The notes under the pieces: model-generated
What the model was told of the DNA's origin: nothing
Database searches by the model: none
The model's input: only the letters and a program-made list of their open reading frames with translations
In this document: piece by piece, positions 28,024 to 41,524 of the stretch
Layout of the letters: each line of letters starts with the position of its first letter
Numbering within the stretch: position 1 is the stretch's first letter
From: Octopus sinensis
Lineage: Eukaryota
Direction: 5' to 3'
DNA: 64,000 nt
NCBI RefSeq assembly: GCF_006345805.1
Contig: NC_043015.1
Location: 33,604,001-33,668,000, forward strand
Made by a program: the position numbers and the translations under genes

Positions 28024-28612
28024 TATACTGTATATGTGGATGTTTGTTTCTTTTTCTTTTCTTTGTACCTATCTAGCACTTGGTCACCACACTGGTGGAT
28101 TTATGTTCTTTTACTTATTCCCCTACCACCACCAACACCACACAATTCTAACACCACCTACACAGAAAGACTCCCACTATTGCCACCACTACACCACTAC
28201 ACATACAGTGCTGCACCACTCACTCTATAACTGCATCCATAGTTTTAATAATAACATTAACACTAAACTGATGAAGAATATTGTATGTTTTTTTTCTTGT
28301 TTTTTTTAAATAGAGACAATTTCTACAAAAGTTTTATTGGAACAAGTTAATTATTGTAATTATTAAACAAAATGAAACAAGAATGATTAGAAATGTGTGT
28401 GAGAGAGCAAGGTGGTTGGAAGTGGAGGTATAGTGCAAGTGATGTGCAAAATATAATAATTAAAGGAAAACTGTTGTTCAAAGGGATTTGGAAATTGAGA
28501 TGGAATGGAAAAAGATAAGTGTGAAGAGAGATGAAGTGGGAGAGTAAGGTAGTGAACATTCCCAAATTAGATATATTAAATATATGTAAATATATACACA
28601 CAAACATATACA

Positions 28613-28643
<31 letters not shown>

Positions 28644-28667
28644 TACATATACATAACAATGTGTGTG

Positions 28668-28850
28668 TGATCATTATTTAACATCTGTTTTCCATGCTGG
28701 CATGGGTTGGATGGATCGACCAGAGCTAGCAAGCAAAAAGAGCTACACCAGATTCCAGTCTGATTTGGCATGGTTTCTATGGTTAGACGCCTTTCCTAAT
28801 GTCAACCCCTCCAACAGAGTAATGAGTGCTTTTTATGTGCCACCAGTATG
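28668..28850 (-). mobile_element. RTE 3'-end fragment
   Basis: tcattatttaacatctgttttccatgctggcatgggttgg matches 29837-30020. Confidence 0.8.
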
Positions 28851-28852
28851 GT

Positions 28853-28892
28853 AAAATGGTAAAATCAGGTGGCCACCTGATTTTACCATTTT
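28853..28892. repeat. Perfect 40-bp spacerless palindrome
   Basis: aaaatggtaaaatcaggtgg|ccacctgattttaccatttt. Confidence 0.95.
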
Positions 28893-29373
28893 TAAAGGGA
28901 CAAGAATTACTTTCTATTGAAAGAACTGACCAGCTGCAAAGATGTCAACACACTTTTTCTTCTTTCTCTCTTCCTTCTTTCTTTCCTTCTCTTTTCAATT
29001 GACACCCCTTTCAGATACACAGACATCCACACACACATTCTATCTCTCACACACACACACAAGACAATGATAAAAAGAAATCAGACAATATTTTGAAAAA
29101 TAATACACAAAAAACACACACACACACACACACTCTCTCTCTCACTTTCTCCCCATTCCTCACCCTTTTGTACTATCTTATATCTCTCTCCACCCCTACA
29201 CACTCAATACTACTATAAAAAGAGACAAAATCTCCTGCAAAAATTCAATCTGAAGACTCCACTAGAGTGGACACAAGCGCTGGTATATGTTTTATAAAAA
29301 CATATGACATATCAATAAATAAGTATCTGTAAATATAAAACCATCCAGATTTCTGAGTACCTTATTTCTTCTA

Positions 29374-29510
29374 ATATATATACATATATGTAGATATACA
29401 TATATATATATATATATATATAATATATATATACATACACATATATATACATACATATATATACACATATATATATATATACATACACATATATATACAT
29501 ACATATATAT

Positions 29511-29557
<47 letters not shown>

Positions 29558-29576
29558 TATACATACATATATATAC

Positions 29577-29613
<37 letters not shown>

Positions 29614-29695
29614 ATACACATATATATATATATATATATACACATATATATATATATATATACACACATATATATATACATACATATATATACAC

Positions 29696-29728
<33 letters not shown>

Positions 29729-29836
29729 TATATATATATATACACACATATATATATACACACACACATATATATATACACACACACACATATATATATA
29801 TACACACACACACATATATATACACACATATATATA
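29374..29836. repeat. About 460-bp (TA)n/(CA)n compound microsatellite
   Basis: Direct inspection. Confidence 0.97.
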
Positions 29837-32144
29837 CATCATCATCATCGTCGTTTAACGTCCGTTTTCCGTGCTAGCATGGGTTGGACGGTTCGACTGG
29901 GGTCTGGGAAGCCAGGAGGCTGCATCAGGCTCCAGTCTGATCTGGCAGTGTTTCTACAGCTGGTGCCCTTCCTAACGCCAACCACTGCCTGAATGTAGTG
30001 GGTGCTTTTTACGTGCCACCAGCACAGATATCACAACTATAATTTCCATTTGATATTTATTTTGATGTTGATGTTATGTAGTTGACTCAATAGGTGCCCT
30101 CAAGGACAGCAGGTCACGTGCCACCGGCACAAAAGCCAGTCAAGGCGGCACTGGCATCGACCATGTTCGGATGGTGCTTTTTACGTGCCGCCAGCACAGG
30201 TATCACAACTATAATTTCCATTTGATATTTATTTTGATGTTGATGTTATGTACTTGACTCAATAGGTCTCCTCAAGCACAGCAGGTCGTTCTGCAATCCA
30301 CGGCACTTCAGATGGATTGGGGCTATGCAAAACTAGTGCAGGAAGCAGCCATGAACTCACATTATTTCTCGGGTCTTTGCAGTCACAGCATATCTCCAGA
30401 GATCTTGGTCTTTCGTCATTGCCTCTGTGAGGCCCAACGTTCGAAGGTCATGCTTGACTACCTCATCCCATGTCTTCCTGGGTCTACCTCCCCCCCCCCC
30501 CGGATACCTTCAACTGTTTGGGAGTGGCACTTCTTCACACATCTCTCTTCATCCATCCGCAGTACATGACCATACCAGCGCAAACATTTCTTTTGTACAT
30601 CACATCTGATGCTTCTTATGTCCAGCATTTCTCTCAGAGTGCTTACACTTTGTCGTGTGTGCACACTGATATTACACATCCAGCAGATCATGCTAGCTTC
30701 ATTACTTTCAAGCCTACGCATGTCCTCTGCAGTCACAGCCCATGTTTCACTACCGTGAAGCATGGCAGTTTGCACACATGCATCGTACAATCTATCTTTC
30801 ACTCTGAGTGAGAGACCCTTTGTCACCAGTAGGAGTAGAAGCTTTCTAAACTTTGCTCAGGATATTCGTATTCTAGTGGTGACACTCTCTGAGCATCCAC
30901 CTTCACTACTAACTTGGTCACCTAGGTAGCGGAAACTATTAACTACTTCTAGTTTCTTCCCCTGGAGTGTGATGGAATTTGTTTTCTGAGTATCTGTGGT
31001 GTCAATTGCCCCTGTGCATCTAACCCACATGAAAGTTATCTTATCGGTTAATATTCCTTTGATGTTACTGCACCTCCTATGCATCCATAGCTTAAACTGG
31101 GTACATCTTATGGAGTTTCTACCTACAATTTTTCTACAGATCAAGCAGGGCCACCTGCCCGAAGGTGTGTGTGATGAGTTCGCCTTTCTGCTTACTATAA
31201 CTTTGGTCTTTGCTACATTTACTCTAAAGCCCTTTGATTCTAAACCTAGCTTACACACCCAAAATTTCTTTTCTAGTTTCGGTAGTGATTCTGCTATGAG
31301 GGTTAGGTCATTGGCATAGAGGAGCTCCCAAGGGCAACCCGTCTTGAATTCCTCTGTTATTGCCTGGAGGACTACGATGAATAGAAGGGGACTAAGGGTT
31401 GAATCTTGGTGGACCCCTACTTCTACCCGGAATTCTTCACTATACTTGTTGCCAATCCTAACCTTACTAATGGCCTCTCTGTATAGGGCCTGTACAGCCC
31501 TTATCAATCATTCGTCAATCTCCAGTTTCCGCATTGCCCACCAGATAAGGGATTGGGGGACCCTGTCAAAGGCTTTCTCCAAGTCCACAAAAGCTAAGTA
31601 GAGGGGTTTATCTTTAGCTAGGTATTTCTCCTGCAGTTGTCGAACCAGGAATATAGCATCAGTGGTGCTTCTACCCAAAACAAAACCAAACTGCATCTCA
31701 TCTAATGAGATGAACTATGACCCTCTCTGTGACCTTCATCACCTGATCCAGCAGTTTAATACTCCTGTAGTTATTCCTATCTAGAGCATCACCTTTACCC
31801 TTGTAGCAGCTGACTATGATGCTGCTACACCAGTCATTGGGTATGACTCTGTTATGTACTACCTGGTTTACATTGCGGGTGACTAAGCCATAGCCCACAC
31901 CACCAGATGCTTTAAGCATCTCAGCAGTGATTCCTGATGGGCCAGGGGCTTTTCCTGGCTTCATACCCTTAATTACTTTATCTACTAGGGAACTGTCTAT
32001 TGGGATAGCTGGTCCCTCTACTGGGTCAACATTTGGAAGGCTCTCCTCCTCCCATTCATTCTCCACATTCAGCAGTCTTTCATAATGGCTTCTCCAAGCC
32101 TCTTTCTTTTCAGAATCACTAAAAGCAAGTGCACCATCATCCAT
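29837..32144 (-). mobile_element. 5'-truncated RTE-clade LINE with 3'UTR and (GAT)n tail
   Basis: Collinear ORF pieces plus a 3'UTR containing an internal repeat of about 120 bp (30000-30120 / 30173-30290). Confidence 0.95.
30357..32144 (-). pseudogene. RTE reverse transcriptase pseudogene
   Basis: GKAPGPSGI, YKGKGD, NYRSIKLL, QFGF..GRSTTDAIF, AFVDLEKAFDRV, GVHQDSTLSPLLF, YAND (YADD mutated), FRYLG, LRWYGHV, RGRPRKTW; several stops and frameshifts. Confidence 0.95.
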
Positions 32145-32960
32145 TCATGCAAATGAATGAGGACAGCTGTGTGAAAAAGTATCATACCCTAGCTGTTGAG
32201 AGAACCTGTGGAAGAGGTAGACCCAGGAAAACCTGGACTGAGGTGGTGAAGCATGACCTTCGAACATTGGGCCTTACCGAGGCAATGACTAGTGACCGGG
32301 ATCTTTTGAGATATGCTGTGCTTGAGAAGACTTGACAAGCCAAGTGAGACCATAGCCCATGGCCTATGCCAGTGGGTGTACCCAGCCCATTTATGAATAC
32401 CCCTCATTCATTGGACAATAAACCTTGCTTGTGAAGACCTATTGAGGCAAGTGAAATCAAAATCGAAATTACTGACATGGCCAATGACAGTACCGCGTGC
32501 CAGTGGAACGGTAAAAGCACATCCAAACATGGGGTGTAACCAGCTCACTTATGAGTACCCCTCATTCATTTGATAATGAACTTTAGCTTGCGAAGACCTA
32601 TTGAGACAAGTGTAAACAAATAAAAATCAATGACGTGGCTGATGATAGTACTGCCTGCTGGTGGCACATGAGAAAACATTCGAGCGAGGCCATTGCCAGT
32701 GCCACTGGACTGGCTCCTGTGCAGGTGGCACATAAAAAGCACCATTTGAGTGTGGCCGTTGCCAGTACCGCCTGACTGGCCCTCGTGCCGGTGGCACCTA
32801 AAAGCACCCGCTACACACTCAGAGTGGTTGGCATTAGGAAGGGCATCCAGCTGTAGAAACTCTGCCAGATCAGATTGGAGCCTGGTTCGCCTGACCTCAG
32901 TCAAATCATCCAACCCATGCTAGCATGGAAAGCGGATGTTAAACGATGATGATGATGATG
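32145..32960 (+). mobile_element. Second, shorter RTE copy in opposite orientation (last about 60 codons, 3'UTR, (GAT)n tail)
   Basis: MNEDSCVKKYHTLAVERTCGRGRPRKTWTEVVKHDLRTLGLTEAM; 3'UTR with a duplicated unit of about 150 bp; tail taaacgatgatgatg. Confidence 0.92.
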
Positions 32961-33018
32961 ACATATATAATTATACATACATACATATATATATATATAT
33001 ACACACACACACATATAC

Positions 33019-33051
<33 letters not shown>

Positions 33052-33168
33052 TATGTGTATACATATATATATATATATATATATATTTATATGCATACAT
33101 ATTCATGTATTTTTATATATGTACATACATACATACACACATATATATATATATGTGTGTATATATAT
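32961..33168. repeat. (TA)n/(CA)n microsatellite
   Basis: Direct inspection. Confidence 0.95.
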
Positions 33169-33620
33169 GATGTCCTTTGGAATTAATCGAGAGGGCATAG
33201 AGACTCTTGCTGCATATCGAACTGGATGGCGAACAAAAGACTGGAGTGAAAGCATTTGAAGTGGTCAGGGACATACATGCAAAACTTGTTACAATCACGA
33301 AGGTGTATCACAATGTCTTTTTGTGCAGTTTGTGACAGACCATGCTTTTCATTTGCTAGGATCAAATCTCATTTCCCAACCCATTGGAAACGAATCTGCA
33401 CCAGCTATTCTGCCTACATGCCTGTGCATACATATCGATGCAATGTATGCTAGAATGACTGCAAATCTAAAAGAGATTTCAAAAGACATTTTAAGATGCA
33501 CAAAGATCAGAACTTAACTGCAGCTCTTAGTGGTCCAAAGTGGATATGCAATCTACGTACATGTCTTTTCAAAGCATTGGTTTAAAATGCCACATCAGAT
33601 GCCATGATGGTCCAAAGCAG
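33169..33620 (+). mobile_element. RTE-BovB-like C-terminal relic with decayed C2H2 zinc fingers
   Basis: [20 protein letters not shown] followed by CAVCDRPC..IKSHFPTH, YRCNVC...HFKMH and a third eroded finger. Confidence 0.6.
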
Positions 33621-33711
33621 TAGGTACAGGAAGTAGTGAAACTGCATGGAAGCAAATGAGAATTAAATCAGGGTATATGTAAGCCTGGAAGGAAATTAAT
33701 CAAGTATTCTT

Positions 33712-34116
33712 CTATTATAGGCACAAGGCCTAGAATTTGGAGGAGGGGGGCTAGTTAATTACACCAATCCCAGTGCTCCAAAAGGTTGAAAGCAAAGTCG
33801 ACCTCGGTGAAATTTGAATTCAGAACACAAAGAGCCAGAAGAAACATTAAGCATTTTGTCCAACGGGCAACAATTTTACCAGCTCACCACGTTTGTTTCA
33901 AATTTTAGCACAAGGCCAGCAATTTTTAAAGGTTGGGGAGAGTGGTTAGTTGATTACATCAATCTCAGTACTTAGCAGGTATTTTGTTTTATTGAACCTG
34001 GAGGGATGAAAGGTAGAGTTGACCTCAGTGGGAATTGAACTCAGAATGCAAAGAGCCAGAACAAATGCCACCAAGCATTTTACCAATGTTCTAATGATTC
34101 TGCTAGCTCACTGCCT
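33712..34116 (-). mobile_element. Two tandem SINE family A copies
   Basis: Two ggcacaaggcc-type ends and two core/head sets. Confidence 0.85.
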
Positions 34117-35139
34117 TTTTCTTAATAATAATAACAACAACAACAACACTAAGAAAATATTACAAGCTATAAATTGTTTTAGTGTTGTTGTAAATACAGT
34201 TAGTAAGAGTTCATACAGCAGTTAAAGCTACACAACATTATTGGTACACGAGAGATAATAGTCATAAAACACCTCACTTTTCAATGGACAAACTGATAAA
34301 GACAGTTTGATAGTCAGCTTTTTTTTGTTTCGTTTTTCTCATTTCAGGAAAAATCAGTTTGACATGGAGTGTATCATAGAAACCTCCTCCAATCGGAACA
34401 TGTCTACCAAATATTTATTATTCACAAAAATGGTTTTGACAGAACCAGATAAAAGAAAATTTAAAGCTAAAAACTTTTCTCCAAATATAGAAAAATTTAT
34501 GCCCTAACAAATGTGTACATATGTATACTTACATGCATCTATCTATCTATATATATATATACACATACATGTTGAGCATGTATACATAATGTGTGTGCAT
34601 ACACACATATATATATAAAGTGACATTGTGTGTGCCAACACGTATGTACATATATGTACATAGGAGTGCGTAACCACGCATACACACAAACTTCAACATT
34701 GATTCAATAAAAATAATTTTGCTGCTATCAAGTCAACCAATAACTGTAAAAGACATTATCAGAAATGACATAAAGAAACCATGTTGCTGTGATGTAGTGG
34801 CTATAATGACAGAAGAAGTGTTGTGACTGCACTTAAACTGTGCTGAAAATTCTATAGAGTTTAGATTGAAGTTTTACCAGTTTATAGCAGCAATTATGGG
34901 TTTTGGTAGTGAAGTCTCTGATATTTATGACTGGTTTATGCAATAATGAAGTACTCTGATGCTTTTGTATTTTTTTGTTTTGTTTAATAAATTAGTGAGA
35001 GGAGGAGGAAGAGGAGGAGGAGAAGTGACAGTATTGCTCGTGGCATTCACAAAATTTCTTCTTTCCACTGGGAGACAATTGAGGCCTGTCCTTGTGGCTG
35101 GAGATGAGAGTTGAAGACCATTTTCCTTATTGCTTAGTG

Positions 35140-35205
35140 AGGAGAGAAAACAATGCCCGTGGCCCTTTTCCCGAGGAGAGAAAACAATGCCCATGGCCCT
35201 TTTTT
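35140..35205. repeat. Short tandem duplication of about 35 bp (gaggagagaaaacaatgcccRtggccctttt) x2
   Basis: Direct inspection. Confidence 0.85.
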
Positions 35206-35439
35206 GGGTTCTCCAGGAACAGTGAAAAGAGGGAGGTATCAAATGGGAGACCTGGCTTGAAGGCTTGCAAGAAAGTGAACACTTCTGGTAAAGGCAGCCA
35301 AGGTCGTAGTGATGGTGATGGTAAACCAGATGATGGAAAAAGTCTATCACTCATGTAGGCCAAGGTGAGCTTTGAAATCAGAATGTAAGGGGCTACAATA
35401 AATACCATTAGACACTTTATCAAATGGTTTAACAACTTG

Positions 35440-36420
35440 AAGATTCACAATATGCTGTGAATGTTGATAACAACGAATTTTTTTAAATGCAGTCGAAGTG
35501 CAAAGACATTTTAGGAGGTGGGGTCAAGCAAATCCACCCACATAATTTACCATCACTTGAATTAGAGGCAAGTTTGCAGGAGATGTAACTATTCAGAATG
35601 TCAACAAGACCATGGACATCAAACTACTTCACAAACCAAGAAAAGGCACTACAAAAATATTACCAGAATTCAAAAAAATCTGTATGACAAGAGAATGGTG
35701 AGATCAAGTATTCACCACATTTTGAAGAATTTTCATTGAATAATCTACATTCTCAATAGAGATGCTCAAGACCAAAGGATTGGTCTTACAAGTGATACTT
35801 GCAAGATGTGTAGAAGATGCACACTTTCCAATGAAGTTTGTTTGGAGTGATGTGACTATATTTAAATTAAATGGCCTAATTAACTGCTACAATTGCATTT
35901 ACTGAAGATGTAAAAATATGTATATTATGGGGGAACCTCATGTTAATTTACCAGGAGTTATAGTATGGTGTGGCCTATTAAAAAGATTAGTTGAACCTTT
36001 CTTTTTGATGGTACTGTGACTGGTCCCATATACTGAGCTTGTTGCAACAATCTCTCATGCCAAGCATTTCAAGAAGATTTTGAAGTCACAGAATTTTATT
36101 TCCAGCAAGATCAGATATCTCCACTCTACCATAGAAATGTAAGAGCCTACGTTGATGAGATTTTACCAAACAGGTAGATTGGAATGACAAGGTTTATTAG
36201 AATACTCTCCACATACACTGAGTCTCACACAACTAGTCTCTTTTACCGCAAAAGATAAAGTTTACAGTACAAAGGCAGCAACAGGTGATGAATTGAGCAG
36301 TCATTGAATGAGAATTCATACAAATACTGAAATACTGTTTGTTGATGTTTCCAAATCTATTACTTCATGCTATCAGCAGTGTTTGGGCCAGAATAGTCAT
36401 CACTTTGAAAATAGGTATTC
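35440..36420 (+). mobile_element. Decayed rosa/DD41D-like (Tc1/mariner superfamily) transposase fossil
   Basis: [85 protein letters not shown] in correct order with many disablements. Confidence 0.8.
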
Positions 36421-37039
36421 ATAGGAAAGATTGAATTCTGTCTGTAAATTCTATTAAATTTTGATAACAAAATGTAATGCATATATATATATATATACAC
36501 ACATGTATATGTGTGACTGTGATTGTGTGTATATAAATATAGAGAGTTTAGAGTTTAGAACATCATATTTGACAGTGTTCTGTTCACCACCACCTTAAAC
36601 AGTGAATAACCTTAACACCTACACCATATGACAGCAGTGATTCATATTTACACGAGGTAGCAGCAGTATCTAAAACTAACAGAAGACAACAGTAGTGAAC
36701 CATACTGACACCAGGTAACAAAACTGCACTACACTGACACACATGAACTACCTGTGTGTGTGCATCCACCTCACCAACCTCGACCACACTAAATTGTTAC
36801 CTGAGTTACATTAATTAACTCCAGTATAATTTTATATCATTTCTGCAACAGTAATTCAATTTAAAAATTAAAACTCAATAAATAGTAGCTCTAATTATGT
36901 AATTTAGATTTCAATGTAATTATTACATTTTAACTGTCCTTTGCAGTGGTCTGATAGGGTTTCCTCTCTCTAGTTAGAGAAGCAACAAATCAAATGATGT
37001 ACTCACAACTCATTACAACACATCAAGAGAACTCACAAC

Positions 37040-37300
37040 GGACTCTAATACATCAGGTGCATTAATAACTAATGATACAAGACAACTCAATTAACTGCAA
37101 AACACCAGTTGCAATAATAACTATTGACATAACACCAGGTATACTAGTAACTAACGCGAAGACACAATGTAACTAATATGACACAGATGTACAAACAACT
37201 GCAAGGCACCAGCTGTAATAAAAAGACACAAAGTATACTAATAACTAACAACAAGATACCAGGTGTACAAACAACAAGCTATAAGGCACCAGGTGGACAT
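37040..37300. repeat. Degenerate minisatellite with a recurring CACCAGGTGTAC/TAACTAA core
   Basis: Direct inspection; irregular period. Confidence 0.55.
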
Positions 37301-37649
37301 TGACCATGAAACGTTCTGGTTTTCAACATCACTACTATACACACCTTTTATAACAAGCCACAAATTATCAATAAAATGCAAATAAAGCAAGCATAAGAGA
37401 CAAAAATAAAACACACGCCCTAAAACATATTCTACATCAGTGAAAAAAAGAATTCTTAAAATTAAACCAAATTTTATGTGACAGGAGAGAAAAATCTTCA
37501 AAAGACACAATCTAATTCAGTTTTAAGAATTTTTTTTTAGAATATAATAATGTTTGTTCCATTCTCCCATTAACAATACAATATACTTGATCTGCCAATA
37601 TAAGTAATGAAACTTACTCCTATCTTCCAGGTAACATTAACCATTTTCA

Positions 37650-37870
37650 GGTTTTGTACTTTAGGTATAAAACCTAAACATTTTGTGAGGTGGGATGGCG
37701 GGGATAGTCAATTACTGCCCCTTCCCCCCTGCTTGGCTGTTGGTACTTATTTCATCAACCTGGAGAGGATGAAAGGCAAAGTTGACCTTTGCAAAATTTG
37801 AACTGAGAACATAAAAGCAGGTGATATGCTGCTCAGCATGCAATGCAAACGATTCTGCCAGCTTGCTGCT
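37650..37870 (-). mobile_element. SINE family A
   Basis: Core ggatgaaaggcaaagttgacc and head motif. Confidence 0.8.
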
Positions 37871-38832
37871 TTATTTTCAGGTCTCAGGATAACACCAAAC
37901 ATACATGTGCACAAAATTATCTTATAAATCTATGCTACATGTGGACAAAATGGCCATGTAACAATTATGCTACATGTACACAGAGTTGTTTTATAACAAC
38001 ATTCCAGAAGATGGTTCAGAATGCAACAGAGCCATATCACGATATTCTAAGATGATGGATCTGCAGACCACATCAAGATGTTTGACCAATTATAATAGGT
38101 ATGTAGGGAATTGCAGGGGCTATACATAATCAACCATGAAAGATTTGAGTTAATAAGGGAGGATCTACACTCGATCTGCAAGAAACTGCAGCAAGATCTT
38201 ACACTTCAGCTGACTTTCTTAGAAATGATGGAAACATTAATGTAATCTTTCTTTTTTTTCTTCTTTATTTCCAATAATACACTGCCAAGGATGGTCCCAT
38301 GCCCAGCTGCAAAAGAAGGAGGGTAGCTGCTCTGCCAAGGTAGCCAGAACCAGAAAACTGAGGAAACCAAACAAGAAACCATATGGATACTATTGGATGT
38401 TTATTTGTTCATGCTATCACATCTGGGGCAGCCAATGTGTCAGCACTGAGGACCCAGGGTGATGGTGAGAAATGAATGGTTGCAGCTTAATGTAATCCTA
38501 GACACGTTATTTGAATAAAAGACAGATCATATCAGGAACAGAATTGATCTCAGGTTGTCAGGACCAAGGCTGACATGGGGATAAAAGAACAAGGAAGAAT
38601 ACATTAAAAGACAATAAAAGATAGAATGGGTGCTAAACAATAAGACCAATGAAATAACTAAGGAATGTTTGTTAAGGATCTCTCTTAACATTAACTATGG
38701 AAAATTCAGCTTTCTTCAAATATTAACCACGAAACAAAGTCAAACAAATAATCAATATATTTTACTCCTTCATGTGTGTGTGTGTGTGTGTGTGTGTTTA
38801 GAAAAAAATTTCAGTTAATGGTAAAGAACATG

Positions 38833-39082
38833 AGGTGGTAAGCTGGCAGAATCATTAGCATGCGGGGCAAAATGCTAAGCATTTTGCCTGTTTTTACATT
38901 CAAAGTTCAAATTCTGCCAAGGTTGAGTTTGCCTTTCATCCTTTCAAGGTAGATAAAAAAAGTACCAGTTGAACACTGGGGTTAATAATAATAATAATGA
39001 AATTATTGTATACAGTGCTCAGGTGCAATTGACTAACCCATGTCCCTGAAATTGCTGGCCTTGCGCAAAAATTTGAAACCAA
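38833..39082 (+). mobile_element. SINE family A with an internal (AAT)n-tailed insert
   Basis: Head agctggcagaatcattagc, core and tail ggccttgcgcaaaaatttgaaacc. Confidence 0.8.
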
Positions 39083-40414
39083 TATTAATTATAGAACATT
39101 TGACCAATGTTTAGGGGAGGGGTTATAAGTTGGATACACTAGTGTTTAACTGGTCATATCCTGTCTCATGTAACTTGACAGCAGGTACCCCGGCTGTCTG
39201 TTTTAAGAAGCAGGAAAATATGTTTTGTGTGAGTTAGTTTAAGATTAGGAGTTAGAAGGCTGCTTAGCCTTTTCTATACCAAGAGTTAGGAATCTGTTTA
39301 ACTCTTCCTGGACTGGGACTCAGGGGTTACTAAATAGTTTCAACCGTTTAAATTGTCTTTTGTTTTAGTTCTTAGTCAGCTATGATTGAGTAGATTTATG
39401 ATTAAAGTTTTTAGCTATGATAATCCAATGGTTATTTTTGTTCATTTTGCTCTAGGCACAGTGCACCTAGGACTCCATCATTTAGTATACCATTCATTTT
39501 TCCAACATAGTAGAGTGTAATTTTAGGGAGTTTGGTTGTTATTATTTCTAGAATATTATGCAGCAACTTAGAGGCACCCTCTCAGATGCAATTGTTAAGT
39601 TGCATTATGTACGTAGCATACATCTAGTGTATAAACTCTTGTAGGCAGGAGGGATTGATTGTATTGTAACGTGTCTAAAGAACCCTCGTGTATATGGAAC
39701 CCCCTAATGCTTTAGGCTTAAAATTTGGAAAAACAGTTTTGTAAAGGATTATAATACTATCCATGTATTAGAAACTCCCATATTTTTTTAACTTAATTTT
39801 TGACAAAAATGGGTTCCTTATACACATTAAAATATGGTAGATCGAATTAGGGTGAGGTTAGTGTAGTTACTGGTTAGCTTGGATTGTCAGAAGTTAGTGG
39901 CAGCACTGGGAAAAAGTAGGGAAAGGTGTATTATCATTTTTTGCACCTGCTTTCCATAATAACATGGGTTGGATGGGTCATAGTAATCCAAGTCAGTTCT
40001 TATTCAAAATGACTTCTCTTCTAAGTGAACAACATGGCTGAATCCACAGTGGGCACTAGATGTATTTTATCATGGCACTAATCCTACAGAGGTCACTGTA
40101 TTCTTGGACAAACTAGAGGTAGTAATTACGATGAGAGGCATGAAAGAGGTGAAAAGAGAAGATATAATAAATGAAATGAAGATATAGTGTTGGTAGGATT
40201 CAGTTAATGCATCCATTGAAGGACAGACCATCAGAGTAAAGGAGAGGACGTAGTTTTACAGATTGTTAGTAGAGTATTGATGGGAAGTAGCAGACACCAT
40301 TCTATGTAACACTTCATAATTTCATACATCAATACATCACATACTACCATAACAATTTGTAAAGCACCAACCACATCAGATAGCACCATACCATTTTATG
40401 TACCTACACACACA

Positions 40415-40449
<35 letters not shown>

Positions 40450-41524
40450 ACACCACACTTACACACAGATACACTTATACATGTAAACACAAAATAAAAC
40501 AAAAACTTAAGTTACAAAATAATTTTCATTTCAATAAAAACCAGAAATAAAATGGAATATTGTCAGAATTTATCAAAGAAAACTTAAAGAATTTAAAGCA
40601 TAAGACAGGTACTATTTATAAATGAGAACTGCATCAGGTATGTTTAACGATTTATATTGAAACTTAGAGACATTGCAACCATCAGTGTCTGGAGAATAAA
40701 AACAGGAGGCAGCAAGCAATTAGTGTTGCTTCTTACAACAGATTATAAAGACTCTTCAGTTTTGACAGAGACTGATATCGCAGGAACAAGAGTTGTAAGG
40801 GAAAAAAAAATTTCAAAACGGATTTTTGTATAAAGGCACAATAAAAACAGTTTAAAATACTCGTTAAAATTAAACATTTATAACGATTTAAAAACTCTCA
40901 AGTTTTAACTGTTGCATTTCTTATCTAAATATATGTATGTATATATTAAATTGGGTTGCATTCTTTTTTATATTGATATATGTATATAAATATATAATTT
41001 AAACTTGGAGAAATATTATTAATTTGAGTGATTAATTAAGAAATTAAATACTAGTAGAAGTTAGAATTCTGTAGTGTATTTAAAAATATAATTAAGGATA
41101 ATAAACAAATATTTACAAAACCTTCTAAAGTAGTTTAAGGTATGGAAAAATAACAAGGCTTATAATGAAGATTATTAAAGCTTACAAAGTAGATAATCAA
41201 TGCCTTGAAACCAGCAGTGTGTAAGAGAGAGAGAATGTGTGCTGTGTATGTGTGTGACTATACATGCATGTGTACATAGGTCTGTGTATGCATGCATGTA
41301 TATTTGTGTGCACATGCCTCAATGTGTGTGTGCATGTGATATGAGTGTACACAAGTGCGCATGTTATACACTAATGTGTATATATGTATGAAGGAATGTG
41401 TACAAATGACTGATTAGTGGAAAACAGGGACTCTAACTCCCCAATTGCAGAAACAACTGGGTAGACAATTTATGCCACCCCTTTACATGTTAACGAGGGG
41501 AAACAACTGCTTCAAAAATGAACC

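Noticed and set aside
34925-35435. ORFs of 88-141 aa on both strands
   Set aside because: No domain similarity recognised, they include a 35-bp duplication, and no convincing splice sites.
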